Of a stretch of 64,000 bases of DNA, positions 1-11,252 are shown in pieces (within the stretch, counting starts at the first letter, position 1; the number at the start of each line of letters is the position of its first letter). The stretch covers positions 418,066,001-418,130,000 of the forward strand of contig NC_091287.1 of assembly GCF_032444005.1 (NCBI RefSeq), given 5' to 3'. The translations under genes and the position numbers were made by a program. The notes under the pieces are model-generated. The model had not been told where the DNA came from. It was given only the letters and a program-made list of their open reading frames with translations, and ran no database searches. The DNA is from Ranitomeya imitator. Lineage: Eukaryota.

Positions 1-1844
1 CCCTCGAGGACCTGTCCGACGGCCATCTTACACTGCATATATTATGTTTACAACATGGGGCTAACAAACACCTACAAAGAACAGGTACCACTCACAGACT
101 AGTATATAAAAAATTCTTTATTAATAACAAAAAGACCACAACATGGTCCTAAAATTGCCTAAACAGGCAAAGGTGAGACACAACAAACACAGAACAATGG
201 TGGACAGAAACGACCTGGAGGTAACTATGAAACATACAAAGGCACTAAGTGTACCAGTACAAATCTCATTTGGGACATAGGCACACTGAATGAAAACACA
301 AGGCTCAAGTGCAATATAAGGTGAACAAATTGTTGCACTATGATTGCCAAGTTACTGGTTTGCCATCTTTTATCTAGTATATGCCGTTCACCTTATATTG
401 CACTTCTTTTATCATATTAATTCTTATCTACATATGTGTCACTAAAAGGCTTTTTCCTTTTCAGCCCTGTTTACATTTACACTTAGTAACTCTAAGCGGC
501 GTCGGTGCCAAAGATGCTGGGAGCTGGAGGGAGACCACCGGACCGAGGGACAAGTGACTACAATTTTTTTTTTTTTTTTTTTAAATACCCTTTCCTAACT
601 CTCTAAACTCAAGCAAAGCGGCTGCTGGTCAGCTGCTGTTTTGATGGATTTGCATAAAGGAAATCTATAAAATATATTTGATTAGGCTGAATTTGAGTTT
701 TTGCAAAGTTAGAAACCAATTAGATTTGAGTGGTGATTTAAAAATATTTTCTAAAAAAAAAAAAAAAAGTCTGCCATAAAATGTTTAAATGCGAAGTAAT
801 TTCTGGCATTTTTACCTTGGAACTGGTGCTCATTACTTAAAGGGAATGTATCTGCTATAGTATTTTTAATATTTAAACCCAGATGGTGAAATAAGTTTTA
901 TTTGCATGATTTATAAGTTCTGCCCTACTTCCTCGGCCTCTGTTATCTCTGCTCTTCAGCTACTTCATGGACCAGCAGTAGAGAGGTTTTTGACTCATTA
1001 ATTTCTATGGGTGAGCTTTCTAAGCATGCTGCGAGTTTGGCAACAGTCATTGCATAGTGGTGAAGTGGAGGGTTAGCTGTATCCATTACCCATTGTGAAT
1101 GCTGAATATTTTGTTGTCCTTTATGTTAAGATGTTATGTTAATCTTTTATTGTAATTCTGCCTGTATTGATAATAAGATAACTGCAAAAAAGTGATTACT
1201 ACACAGAGCTTAATATTTGGCAAAAAAAATGCAAAATTTCACACAAATTGTGATATGAAAAAGTTAAACAGAAAATACCATTTAAAACTTGATTTAAACA
1301 TTTAAGTTTTTTTTGGACACATTCTCTTTTAAGTAGATGAATGTTGTAGGTGCATACACCTTGCTTTCCATTCCTGCCGGTCTTAGCAGCATCATGTTAG
1401 CATTTTGTTACATAATCGCTGAGCAATTCCTTAAGTGTCTTGTAAAACCCATCAGTGTTAAATGCAGCAGTGATGAAGTCACAGGGTGGTGCGTTGTCTG
1501 CATCACTTTTTACTAATGGGTGTGTGACTAGTTTAAATATTTTCCAGCATAAATTTGTTACACCTTTTCAGTTTTTAGAACATTATAAAATGCTTTTTCT
1601 TTCTGCACACAACTTTATATCACAATTCCCTGGTGACTGGTGGGAACATTCGTTTAGAAGAAATACTATTTTTTTTCCTTGTTTTCACTATGATGCATCA
1701 CAGTGTTAGTTTATTTTATAAATAGTAAACCCAGTTTCCATTGCTCACATGCCCATCCCTTGGTATGTAATGTAAGTTGCCAATTCTGAGTAGCTGATGA
1801 GAGCCTCACTACCACTCCTGTGATCCCTAATTCCAGGAAACTAA

Positions 1845-2397
1845 GGCTACTTTCACACTTACATTTTCTGCTGTCCGTCGTGGTGCAGCAAAATGACATA
1901 TCGACGGATGTTACGAAAATAGGTAAAAACGTGTGCGACGGATCCAGTGTAATGACGGATGCGTCGTACACAAATTCCGGGAATTAAATGTCAGGGGACG
2001 AGAGAGAGAGAGAGGCATTCTTTTTTTTTTTTCTTCCAGAAATTAAAATCCTTCTGGGCATGCTCAGAGTTGAAAAACTGGATCCGTCGCTGGATTCCAT
2101 TGTGTTACGGTCAGCAACGGATCCTGCGTCCATAGGCTTCCATTATAGCCGACGACGGACAGCGCAGGATGTGTCGCTGAACGATTTTTCCGACGTGCAG
2201 AAAAAACGTTCCTATGAACGTTTTCTTTGCACGATGGACCGCTATTTCCCGACGGATCCAGTGCACGACGGATGCGACGGATGGCCATCCATCGCAATCT
2301 GTCGCTAATACAAGTCTATGGGAAAATGCAGGATTCTGCATTCTCAAAAAACAACAGATTGTGACAGATTAAAAAAAACGCAAGTGTGAAAGTAGTC
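1845..2397. mobile_element. Harbinger MITE (GGCTACTTTCACAC family)
   Basis: TIR GGCTACTTTCACACTT (1 mismatch), TAA TSD and many internal ACGGA repeats. A half copy at ~22788-22911 abuts the large Harbinger element. Confidence 0.85.
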
Positions 2398-2518
2398 TAA
2401 CTGGTAACTCCACGTAGCATGTGTTATTCACATACAAGCATATTAAATCCCATAAAATGTGAAAACATTTAAAGGGGTTATCCAGGACTATTTCTTTTGT
2501 TTTTTACTATGGGCCTAA

Positions 2519-2903
2519 AGGTACCGTCACATTCAGCGAAGCTGCAGCGATATAGACAACGAGCCGATCGCTGCAGCGTCGCTGTTTAGGTCGCTAGGAG
2601 ACGTCAAACACCGGCAACAGCAGAACGATGCAGGAGCGATCCAGTGACGTACTTATCGTTCTCGCTGGTTGTTCGCTCCATGAAGAAACATTGCTGGCAT
2701 CGTTGCTTTTGCTGTCAAACATGACGATACACGCCGACCTGACGACCAAATAAAGTTCCGGACTTCTAGCTATGACCAGCGATGTCACAGCAGGATCCTG
2801 ATCGTTGCTGCATGTCAAACACAACGAGATCGCTATCCAGGACGCTGCAACGTCACGGATCGCTGTCGTTCTCGTTGGAAAGTTGCTCAGTGTGAAGGTA
2901 ACT
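2519..2903. mobile_element. Harbinger MITE (AGGTACCNTCACA family)
   Basis: Imperfect TIRs, TAA/TTA flanks and repeated CGATC/AACGA motifs. Related to 52124-52848. Confidence 0.75.
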
Positions 2904-3201
2904 TTAGAGCCAACAGGCCTGTAATTGCTAACTACCTGCCTGCTGTGCCTGGCGCCGATCTCTCCTGGCACACAGCAGTCACAGACCACTCCTGCCAGTG
3001 ATCCAGTGACATCATATCGACAGAGCAGCTGCTTCTCTTACACTCTGCTATGCTGAAGTGGTGTGACTGCCCAAGCCATACTGATTGGTAGCCGGCTCCC
3101 CACTGCCTAACAGCGAGGAGCCGGCTGTCAATAAGCATGATGTCGACAGTCGCGCCCTGTCGATAATGGAGCCCAGAAGAGGAGCTGCTCTGTTAATAAA
3201 A

Positions 3202-5150
3202 ACATAGTAACATAGTAACATAGTTAGTAAGGCCGAAAAAAGACATTTGTCCATCCAGTTCAGCCTATATTCTATCATAATAAATCCCCAGATCTACGTC
3301 CTTCTACAGAACCTAATAATTGTATGATACAATATTGTTCTGCTCCAGGAAGACATCCAGGCCTCTCTTGAACCCCTCGACTGAGTTCGCCATCACCACC
3401 TCCTCAGGCAAGCAATTCCAGATTCTCACTGCCCTAACAGTAAAGAATCCTCTTCTATGTTGGTGGAAAAACCTTCTCTCCTCCAGACGCAAAGAATGCC
3501 CCCTTGTGCCCGTCACCTTCCTTGGTATAAACAGATCCTCAGAGAGATATTTGTATTGTCCCCTTATATACTTATACATGGTTATTAGATCGCCCCTCAG
3601 TCGTCTTTTTTCTAGACTAAATAATCTTAATTTCGCTAATCTATCTGGGTATTGTAGTTCTCCCATCCCCTTTATTAATTTTGTTGCCCTCCTTTGTACT
3701 CTCTCTAGTTCCATTATATCCTTCCTGAGCACCGGTGCCCAAAACTGGACACAGTACTCCATGTGCGGTCTAACTAGGGATTTGTACAGAGGCAGTATAA
3801 TGCTCTCATCATGTGTATCCAGACCTCTTTTAATGCACCCCTTGATCCTGTTTGCCTTGGCAGCTGCTGCCTGGCACTGGCTGCTCAAGGTAAGTTTATC
3901 ATTAACTAGGATCCCCAAGTCCTTCTCCCTGTCAGATTTACCCAGTGGTTTCCCATTCAGTGTGTAATGGTGATATTGATTCCTTCTTCCCATGTGTATA
4001 ACCTTACATTTATCATTGTTAAACCTCATCTGCCACCTTTCAGCCCAAGTTTCCAACTTATCCAGATCCATCTGTAGCAGAATACTATCTTCTCTTGTAT
4101 TAACTGCTTTACATAGTTTTGTATCATCTGCAAATATCGATATTTTACTGTGTAAACCTTCTACCAGATCATTAATGAATATGTTGAAGAGAACAGGTCC
4201 CAATACTGACCCCTGCGGTACCCCACTGGTCACAGCGACCCAGTTAGAGACTATACCATTTATAACCACCCTCTGCTTTCTATCACTAAGCCAGTTACTA
4301 ACCCATTTACACACATTTTCCCCCAGACCAAGCATTCTCATTTTGTGTACCAACCTCTTGTGCGGCACGGTATCAAACGCTTTCGAAAAATCGAGATATA
4401 CCACGTCCAATGACTCACCGTGGTCTAGCCTATAGCTTACCTCTTCATAAAAACTGATTAGATTGGTTTGACAGGAGCGATTTCTCATAAACCCATGCTG
4501 ATATGGAGTTAAACAGTTATTCTCATTGAGATAATCCAGAATAACATCCCTCAGAAACCCTTCAAATATTTTACCAACAATAGAGGTTAGACTTACTGGC
4601 CTATAATTTCCAGGTTCACTTTTAGAGCCCTTTTTGAATATTGGCACCACATTTTGCTATGCGCCAGTCCTGCGGAACAGACCCTGTCGCTATAGAGTCC
4701 CTAAAAATAAGAAATAATGGTTTATCTATTAGATTTCTTAGTACTCGTGGGTGTATGCCATCCGGACCTGGAGATTTATCTATTTTGATCTTATTTAGCC
4801 GGTTTCGCACCTCTTCTTGGGTTAGATTGGTGACCCTTAATATAGGGTTTTCATTGTTTCTTGGGATTTCACCTAGCATTTCATTTTCCACCGTGAATAC
4901 CGTGGAGAAGAAGGTGTTTAATATGTTAGCTTTTTCCTCGTCATCTACAACCATTCTTTCCTCACTATTTTTTAAGGGGCCTACATTTTCAGTTTTTATT
5001 CTTTTACTATTGATATAGTTGAAGAACAGTTTGGGATTAGTTTTACTCTCCTTAGCAATGTGCTTCTCTGTTTCCTTTTTGGCAGCTTTAATTAGTTTTT
5101 TAGATAAAGTATTTTTCTCCCTATAGTTTTTTTAGAGCTTCAATGGTGAC
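3202..5150 (-). mobile_element. 5'-truncated CR1-clade LINE (ORF2 reverse transcriptase)
   Basis: The 445-aa ORF 3313-4650 has YLDFSKAFDTVPH, GVPQGSVLGPVLF and FADDTKL. An upstream frame 4622-4954 joins it through a +1 shift in an A-run at about 4652-4655. The 3' tail has 8-bp repeats (ACATAGTA x3, 3202-3224). No endonuclease or ORF1 is present. Confidence 0.93.
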
Positions 5151-6004
5151 AGCTATTCACTGTCAAGAGCGATTACTGAGCACTTTGAGCTAGCCAGCGC
5201 TAGGTAAAACGAACCCCTTGCTGCCTCTGTTAGCAACTATTGCCTGTTAATTTTTAGGACCATCATAAAAATAAAAAAGGTCTTGGACAATGTTTTTTAA
5301 AAGTATGTCACATACACTTGTATGCAGTGACGACTTTAGAAGTGCACCAGCAGTGAACCCCACAATAGGAACAAAGTGGAAATTGTATGAATAACCTAAA
5401 AAACTTTATTTATGAACCCAGGAGCCTGACCAGGAACCATTGCATCAGAATGTTGAAGCAGCTTCGGGCCATTCCAAAGACATATTGATAGGGAATTTAC
5501 ATTGTGAGCCCCATCGGGGACAGTGATGATAATGTGTGCAAACTGTAAAGCTCTGCGGAATATGTTAGCGCTATATAAAAATAAAGATTATTATTATAGG
5601 TGAGCATGTTTATCAATGTGCATAGGGGGGGCAAATGTTTTAACACTTTTTTTTCTTTTTTTTTTAATTAGTGCACCTCCCCCTTACACTTTCATCTTCT
5701 AGTTTGTAAATATGCTGAGAAATTGTGACATATTTTCTTTTCCTTTGTTCACAATTTTTCTAATAAAAGTTATGAGTATAGCTCTTGATTTCTGACTGTA
5801 TAGGTGCTGAGTAGTGATGAGCGAATATATTCGTTACTCGAGATTTCTCGAGCACGCTCGGGGGTCCTCCGAGTATTTTTTTTAGTGCTCGGAGATTTAG
5901 TTTTCATTGCCGCAGCTGAATGATTTACATCTGTTAGCCAACATAAGTACATGTGGGGATTCCCTAGCAACCAGGCAACCCCCACATGTACTTATGCTGG
6001 CTAA

Positions 6005-6680
6005 GGCTAGGGTCACATTGCGTTATCTGACCCCGTTTAACGGACTACGTTACACCGCGGCATAACGCAGTGTAACGTAGTCCGTTAACGCCGCCATTAC
6101 TGTCTATGGCGAATGCACTATGATGTGCCGTCATTTGAGTGACGGACTGCAAACGCTGCTTGCAGCGTTCGCGGTCCGTTCCTCGCTAGCACAGATCGGG
6201 GATCTGCGCTAGCGGGATCGGCTAATGTGATCCCTTTTGGGACATTGCATTAGCGCAGTCCGTAGCGCTATGCGCTAGGGTTGAGCAACTTTTACTTTTT
6301 TAGGGTCGAGTTGGGTTTTGCGAAACCCGACTATCTCAAAAGTCGAGTGAAATCGGCCGATTATGGCGAAAAGTTGGGGATCGACCGAAACACGAAACCC
6401 AATGCAAAGTCAATGGGAATTTTTTTAATTTATTTATTTATTTATTTTTTTTATTTTTTTCTCTCTCTTTTTTTCTCTCTCTCTCTCTCTAAGCGCGTCA
6501 TACGAAACGCGACTTTAGCACGAAAGTCGCATACGCATGGCCGACCCCACACAGGGATCGGGTCGGGTTTCATCAAACCCGACTTTGCCAAAAGTCGGCG
6601 TCTTTTGAAAATGAACGATCCGTTTCGCTCAACCCTACTATGCGCTAAACGGACTGCCCTAACGCAATGTGACCCTAGCC
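6005..6680. mobile_element. Harbinger MITE nested in the hAT MITE
   Basis: Perfect TIR GGCTAGGGTCACATTGCGTT and TAA TSD. Confidence 0.88.
6276..6637. mobile_element. hAT-type MITE nested in the Harbinger MITE
   Basis: TIR TAGGGTTGAGC and 8-bp TSD CTATGCGC (6268-75, 6638-45). Confidence 0.85.
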
Positions 6681-7379
6681 TAACAGATGTAAATCATTCA
6701 GCTGCGGCAATAAAAACTAAACCTCCGAGCACTAAAAAATACTCTGAGGAAACCCGAGCGTGCTCGAGAAATCTCGAGTAACGAGTATATTCGCTCATCA
6801 CTAGTGCTGAGGTTATGAATGATTAATTGCTTATACAGTGTCAGTATATCTCGTTCCAATGTACAGAAATTGTCAGTACTCCAATTAACTGTATTTTCTC
6901 TGGAATGCCAGAGCTTTTCAAAGAAAAATATACCTGGCTGCAATCATGCAGGCCAAACTGTGATTCATGCTGGCCGTGGTTTGGGCAACATGAGTGAGCT
7001 GACAAGTTCCCTTTGGCCAGGTGCACACAATCCAGAAGTGGCAGCGCTTTGGATACAGCACATGTCCGCTACCTCCAAAGTGCTGCTGGCAATTGAACAC
7101 AGGTGAATCCTCAGGTAGTCATTGAACTGTGCGGAATCCTCATGCCCAATACATTGTACGGGTGAGATTTCCCAAGAGAAATAAACATGCTGCGGTCTGG
7201 AGAGGCGCGCCGCATGTATGTCTCCGCAGGTGTCTGTGCACATATAGTGGGCATGAGATTTCTTGAAATCCCAACCATTATGCTGTAACATCTGGCTTCT
7301 GTGGGTTTGACGCTGCATAAGTACGCAGCTTCAAATCTGCAGCAATTACTGACCGTATGCACATACCCTTTAACTTTAA

Positions 7380-8015
7380 AGGGAACCTGTCACCCCGAAA
7401 ATCGCGGGTGAGGTAATCCCACCGGCATCAGGGGCTTATCTACAGCATTCTGTAATGCTGTAGATAAGCCGCCGATGTTACCTGAAAAAGGAGAAAAAGA
7501 CGTTATTTTATACTCACCCAGGGGCGGTCCCGCTGCTGGTCAGGTCGGATGGGCGTCTCCGGTCCGCTGCGACGCCTCCTATCTTCTTTCCATGACGTAC
7601 TCTTCTGTTCTTCAGCCACGGCTCCGGCGCAGGCGTACTTTGCTCTGCCCTGTTGAGGGCAGACAAAGTACTGCAGTGCGCAGGCGCCGGGCCTCTGACC
7701 TTTCCGGCGCCTGCGCACTGCAGTACTATCCTCTGCCCTCAAGAGGGCAGAGCAAAGTACGCCTGCGCCGGAGCCGTGGCTGAAGATCAGAAGAGGACGT
7801 CATGGAAAGAAGATAGGAGGCGCCGGAGCGGACCGGAGACGCCCATCCGACCTGACCAGCAGCGGGACCGCCCCTGGGTGAGTATAATCTAACGTCTTTT
7901 TCTCCTTTTTCAGGTAACATCGGGGGCTTATCTACAGCATTACAGAATGCTGCAGATAAGCCCCTGATGCCGGTGGGATTACCTCACCCGCGATTTTCGG
8001 GGTGACAGGTTCCCT
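7380..8015. mobile_element. Kolobok/T2-type MITE, near-perfect 636-bp palindrome
   Basis: TTAA TSD (7376-79, 8016-19), AGGGAACCTGTCACC ends and ~300-bp near-identical arms. Confidence 0.85.
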
Positions 8016-8688
8016 TTAAAGGTGTATTCCTATCTCCAAGATCATATCCCAATACGTAGGAAGTGTCATAGTAGTAATAGCAAATACCTCCAATAAGAAA
8101 TGTAGTATACTTTTTTTTTTATTCGTGATGTCTCTTTCCTCATGTGCAGGCATTGCAGGACCTTAAGGGTATGTACACGCACACATTGTAGATTCCATTG
8201 CAGATTTTTCCACGCGGATTCTCCAGAATCCATAGATAAAACTCCCTATGTTTTACCTGTGGATTCACCGCGGATTTTGTGCATTTTTTTATGCGGATTT
8301 CGACGGCATTTTTACACCTGCGGATTCCAATTATGGAACAGGTGTAAAACGCAGCGGAATCTGCACAAAGAATTGACATGCTGCGGAAAATAAATGTTTC
8401 CACATAGAATTTTCAGCACCATGTGCACTGTGGATTTTGTTAGGCTGGTTTCACATTTGCGTTTAAAAGCGCAGCGTTTTAAACGCAAACGCATTTGGTG
8501 AAAAAATGCGTTTAAACGCTGCGTTTTTTAGACGCATGCGTTTTTGCATGTTTTAATACAAACGCGGCGTTTTGACGCGTTTACATGCGTTTTTTCCTGC
8601 GTTTGCGTTTTTGAAATGCATGATGAGAAGTGTGTGACAGCTGCCAATCATCAAAATCAACAAGAAAACCCACTATAAACAGAAATAG

Positions 8689-8842
8689 CTAGGGTTAGGA
8701 TCCCTAGTAACCCTAGGGATCCTAACCCAAACCCTAAGGGATCCTAACCCAAACCCTAAGGGATCCTAACCCTAACCCTAAGGGATCCTAACCCTAAGGG
8801 ATCCTAACCCTAACCCAAACCCTAGGGATCCTAACCTTAACC
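8689..8842. repeat. Degenerate telomere-like repeat (CCTAAC/CCCTAA interspersed with GGATCC)
   Basis: Repeats are directly visible in the sequence. Confidence 0.8.
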
Positions 8843-9163
8843 AGTCCCCAGGAGACAGAGGAGAGACTTCTGGATCTTCAAGTGCTGCTGGTGACTGTAC
8901 CCATGTTGGAATAAGGACCCTCCAGTCAGGACCTCACTGGACTCATAAGTTACAAGAAGACTTGTTAACCATTTCTATTCCGCTTAACTGTTTCGTAGCA
9001 TCAGTTAGCTTGCTGTGTATTGTTATACTGTTTGCTTTAGCTCTACTAGTCCCCTGTTTTCTCCCTGCCAGGAGAATCTTACTCCTGTTAATAAATCCCC
9101 CTCAACAGTTGGTCTGTCTGTTCCGTGGTGACATACTCAACCCCGCACTCTATTACACTTTAA

Positions 9164-9530
9164 GGCTAGGTTCACATTGCGTTAATGGGTTAACGCTAAC
9201 GGACTGCGTTGCACGGCGAAAATGTTGCAATTAACGCCGTGCAACGGGTCCGTTAGCGCACCCATTGACAGCAATGTGATTTCTGCCTGTAGCGCATCGC
9301 TAGCGCATGCCATTTTCGGCACGCGCTAGCAATGTGCCGTTCTTTTGTGACGGACCTCGGATGCTGCTTGCAGCGTCCGAGGTGTGTCCGAGGTCTGTCC
9401 CTCGCTAGCGCAGGTCGGGGATCTGCGCTAGCGGGGACGGCGAACGCGGCCCCAAAATAAACATTGCGTTAGCGCAATCCGCTAGCACTATGCGCTTAAC
9501 GGATTGCCCTAATGCAATGTGAACCTAGCC
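9164..9530. mobile_element. Harbinger MITE (same family as 6005-6680, uninterrupted)
   Basis: TIR GGCTAGGTTCACATTGC, flanked by TAA/TTA. Confidence 0.85.
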
Positions 9531-11252
9531 TTAACCAGATGGAAAATTGCTGCAGATCCGCAGCCAAATCTGCAACGTGTGCACATAGCCTAAGTATCCA
9601 TGGTTACATCCACTGATGAAGTGACGGTTAGTAAAGATCATTGCTAGTGGTTGTAACCATGGATACCTAATGTCTGCACATGAGAAAAAAGACATAGCGA
9701 ATCCGAAAAACTGCAGTCTACTACATTTCTAATTGGAGGTATTTGCTATTATTATTACACCTGCTACATATTGAGTCACCTCGGCCTGTGACAATGACAT
9801 GAAGGCATCCTAAATTAATGACTGACAGTTTATCACTTTTATTAAACACTTGCATGTATTAGCCCTAACCACTAAATGTATGATTAACAAAACACTCCCA
9901 CAACAATTTCTATATAGTAAATGTGTGTATATGAACGAGTCTGCATAGGCTTTCATTGTAAATTTGACTTCCGGTTCCTACATATTGCAATTTTTTTGCG
10001 TAACTCAAAGTTGCACCAAAATTTTCTGCATTTTTATGCCAGTCCCGGCCAGCTTTGCCAAAGTGTGTGCAGTTTGTGAGGCCAGCCTGGCAAATTCATG
10101 AAAATGTATTCCAGCTTGTAGTATAAATTAGGCAGAAATTGACTCCAGTTCCTGGCAGGAGTAGCACTGCTGGTGGTATAAGATGCTCCTAATTCATTAA
10201 TCCAGTGGTGCCTTTATTGGGCCAGTCACTTTTCTGCTGTGTTTTCTTTCTCCAGATTTGATAATTGTACAGCTTCTTTTTATACATAAGCCATATTAAA
10301 ATTAACTCAAAAGTTTATAAAACAAAATCCTGTAAGGTGAAGGTGGTAGTGATTTTTCAGTGTGTGTGTGCATGTTCTGTAAATGCCCCTCCTGCAGTAG
10401 TGTAACATGTGAGGGTAGTGCCTGGATTAGATCACAGAACCAGTCTGCCAGAATATCTGCTGACGTAGCCATATAAAATAACATTGTGTGTACTGGCTCC
10501 AAGTCAGCGGTGATACTATGACTCAGTCACATACATGGTGCACAAATGAAAGAAAATTACTGTGAAACTGACTGCAAGGGAAAAAGGATTTTCCCACCAA
10601 GTACTTCCAAGGCAGATTAATGTGTCATGAATGTCTGATCAGTGGGGGTCTGACTCCTGGACCCCCTGCTTTTATTTATATTACAGCCATCCCTTGTCTT
10701 TCCCGAGTGGGACATGCAGTATATACAATGAAGGGGCTGCAGCCCTCTGAACGTTTCCTCCAATAAACCATGTGGAGCTTTAAGTTGGCCTTACATAGTT
10801 TATATATGGGCACTCCAGACAAATATTTGCAGGATTGGCTGACCATTATAAAATGTGTAAGGTGGGTTCCTGACTCTCCCTGGATGGCAAATGTCTTTAC
10901 TTCCCATAGTAAGACATACACAATTGACTGAGCATTATAAATGGCTTTTTGGGCATGCATTGCTGACCACCTCAAGAAATGGCTGTGGCAGTAGAATTAG
11001 TTGTTTTTGACATTTTTTTTTTTTTTATTGTAAGGCCAGCGTAAAATGATTTTTTTTTTTCCACTTTGTTATTGGTGATCTATCTTTAACCTTGCGCATC
11101 AATATCAGCACTGGCAACGGCCGGTTGTAAAACATGTACAGAGTAGTGCCCCACTGCTTCCTCACGGTTTGGTGGCCCCTGTCGGGTACTGCAAATTAAC
11201 TCCTATCCTTTTAATAGGGGGTGATCTGCAGCACCTGGCAGGTGCCCTTTAA

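Larger units (their letters stand above)
2473..5296. mobile_element. Degraded Kolobok/T2-type element hosting the 2519-2903 MITE and the CR1 insertion
   Basis: TTAA|AGGGGTTATCCAGGA left end and a degraded TCTTGGACAATGTTTT|TTAA right end. Confidence 0.4.
5812..6803. mobile_element. hAT-type palindromic MITE (outer element of a triple nest)
   Basis: TIR TAGTGATGAGCGAAT and 8-bp TSD GTGCTGAG (5804-11, 6804-11). Confidence 0.85.
8167..9590. mobile_element. Composite nest: Harbinger MITE ends enclosing a second MITE, telomere-like repeats, an LTR-like fragment and the 9164-9530 MITE
   Basis: TAA|GGGTATGTACAC...GTGCACATAGCC|TAA. The host sequence (GCATTGCAGGACCTTAAGTATCCATGGTTAC) resembles an uninterrupted copy near 43790. 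Confidence 0.6.

Noticed and set aside
3320-5018. Plus-strand ORFs of 215, 147 and 125 aa
   Set aside because: Antisense shadows of the CR1 reverse transcriptase ORF.
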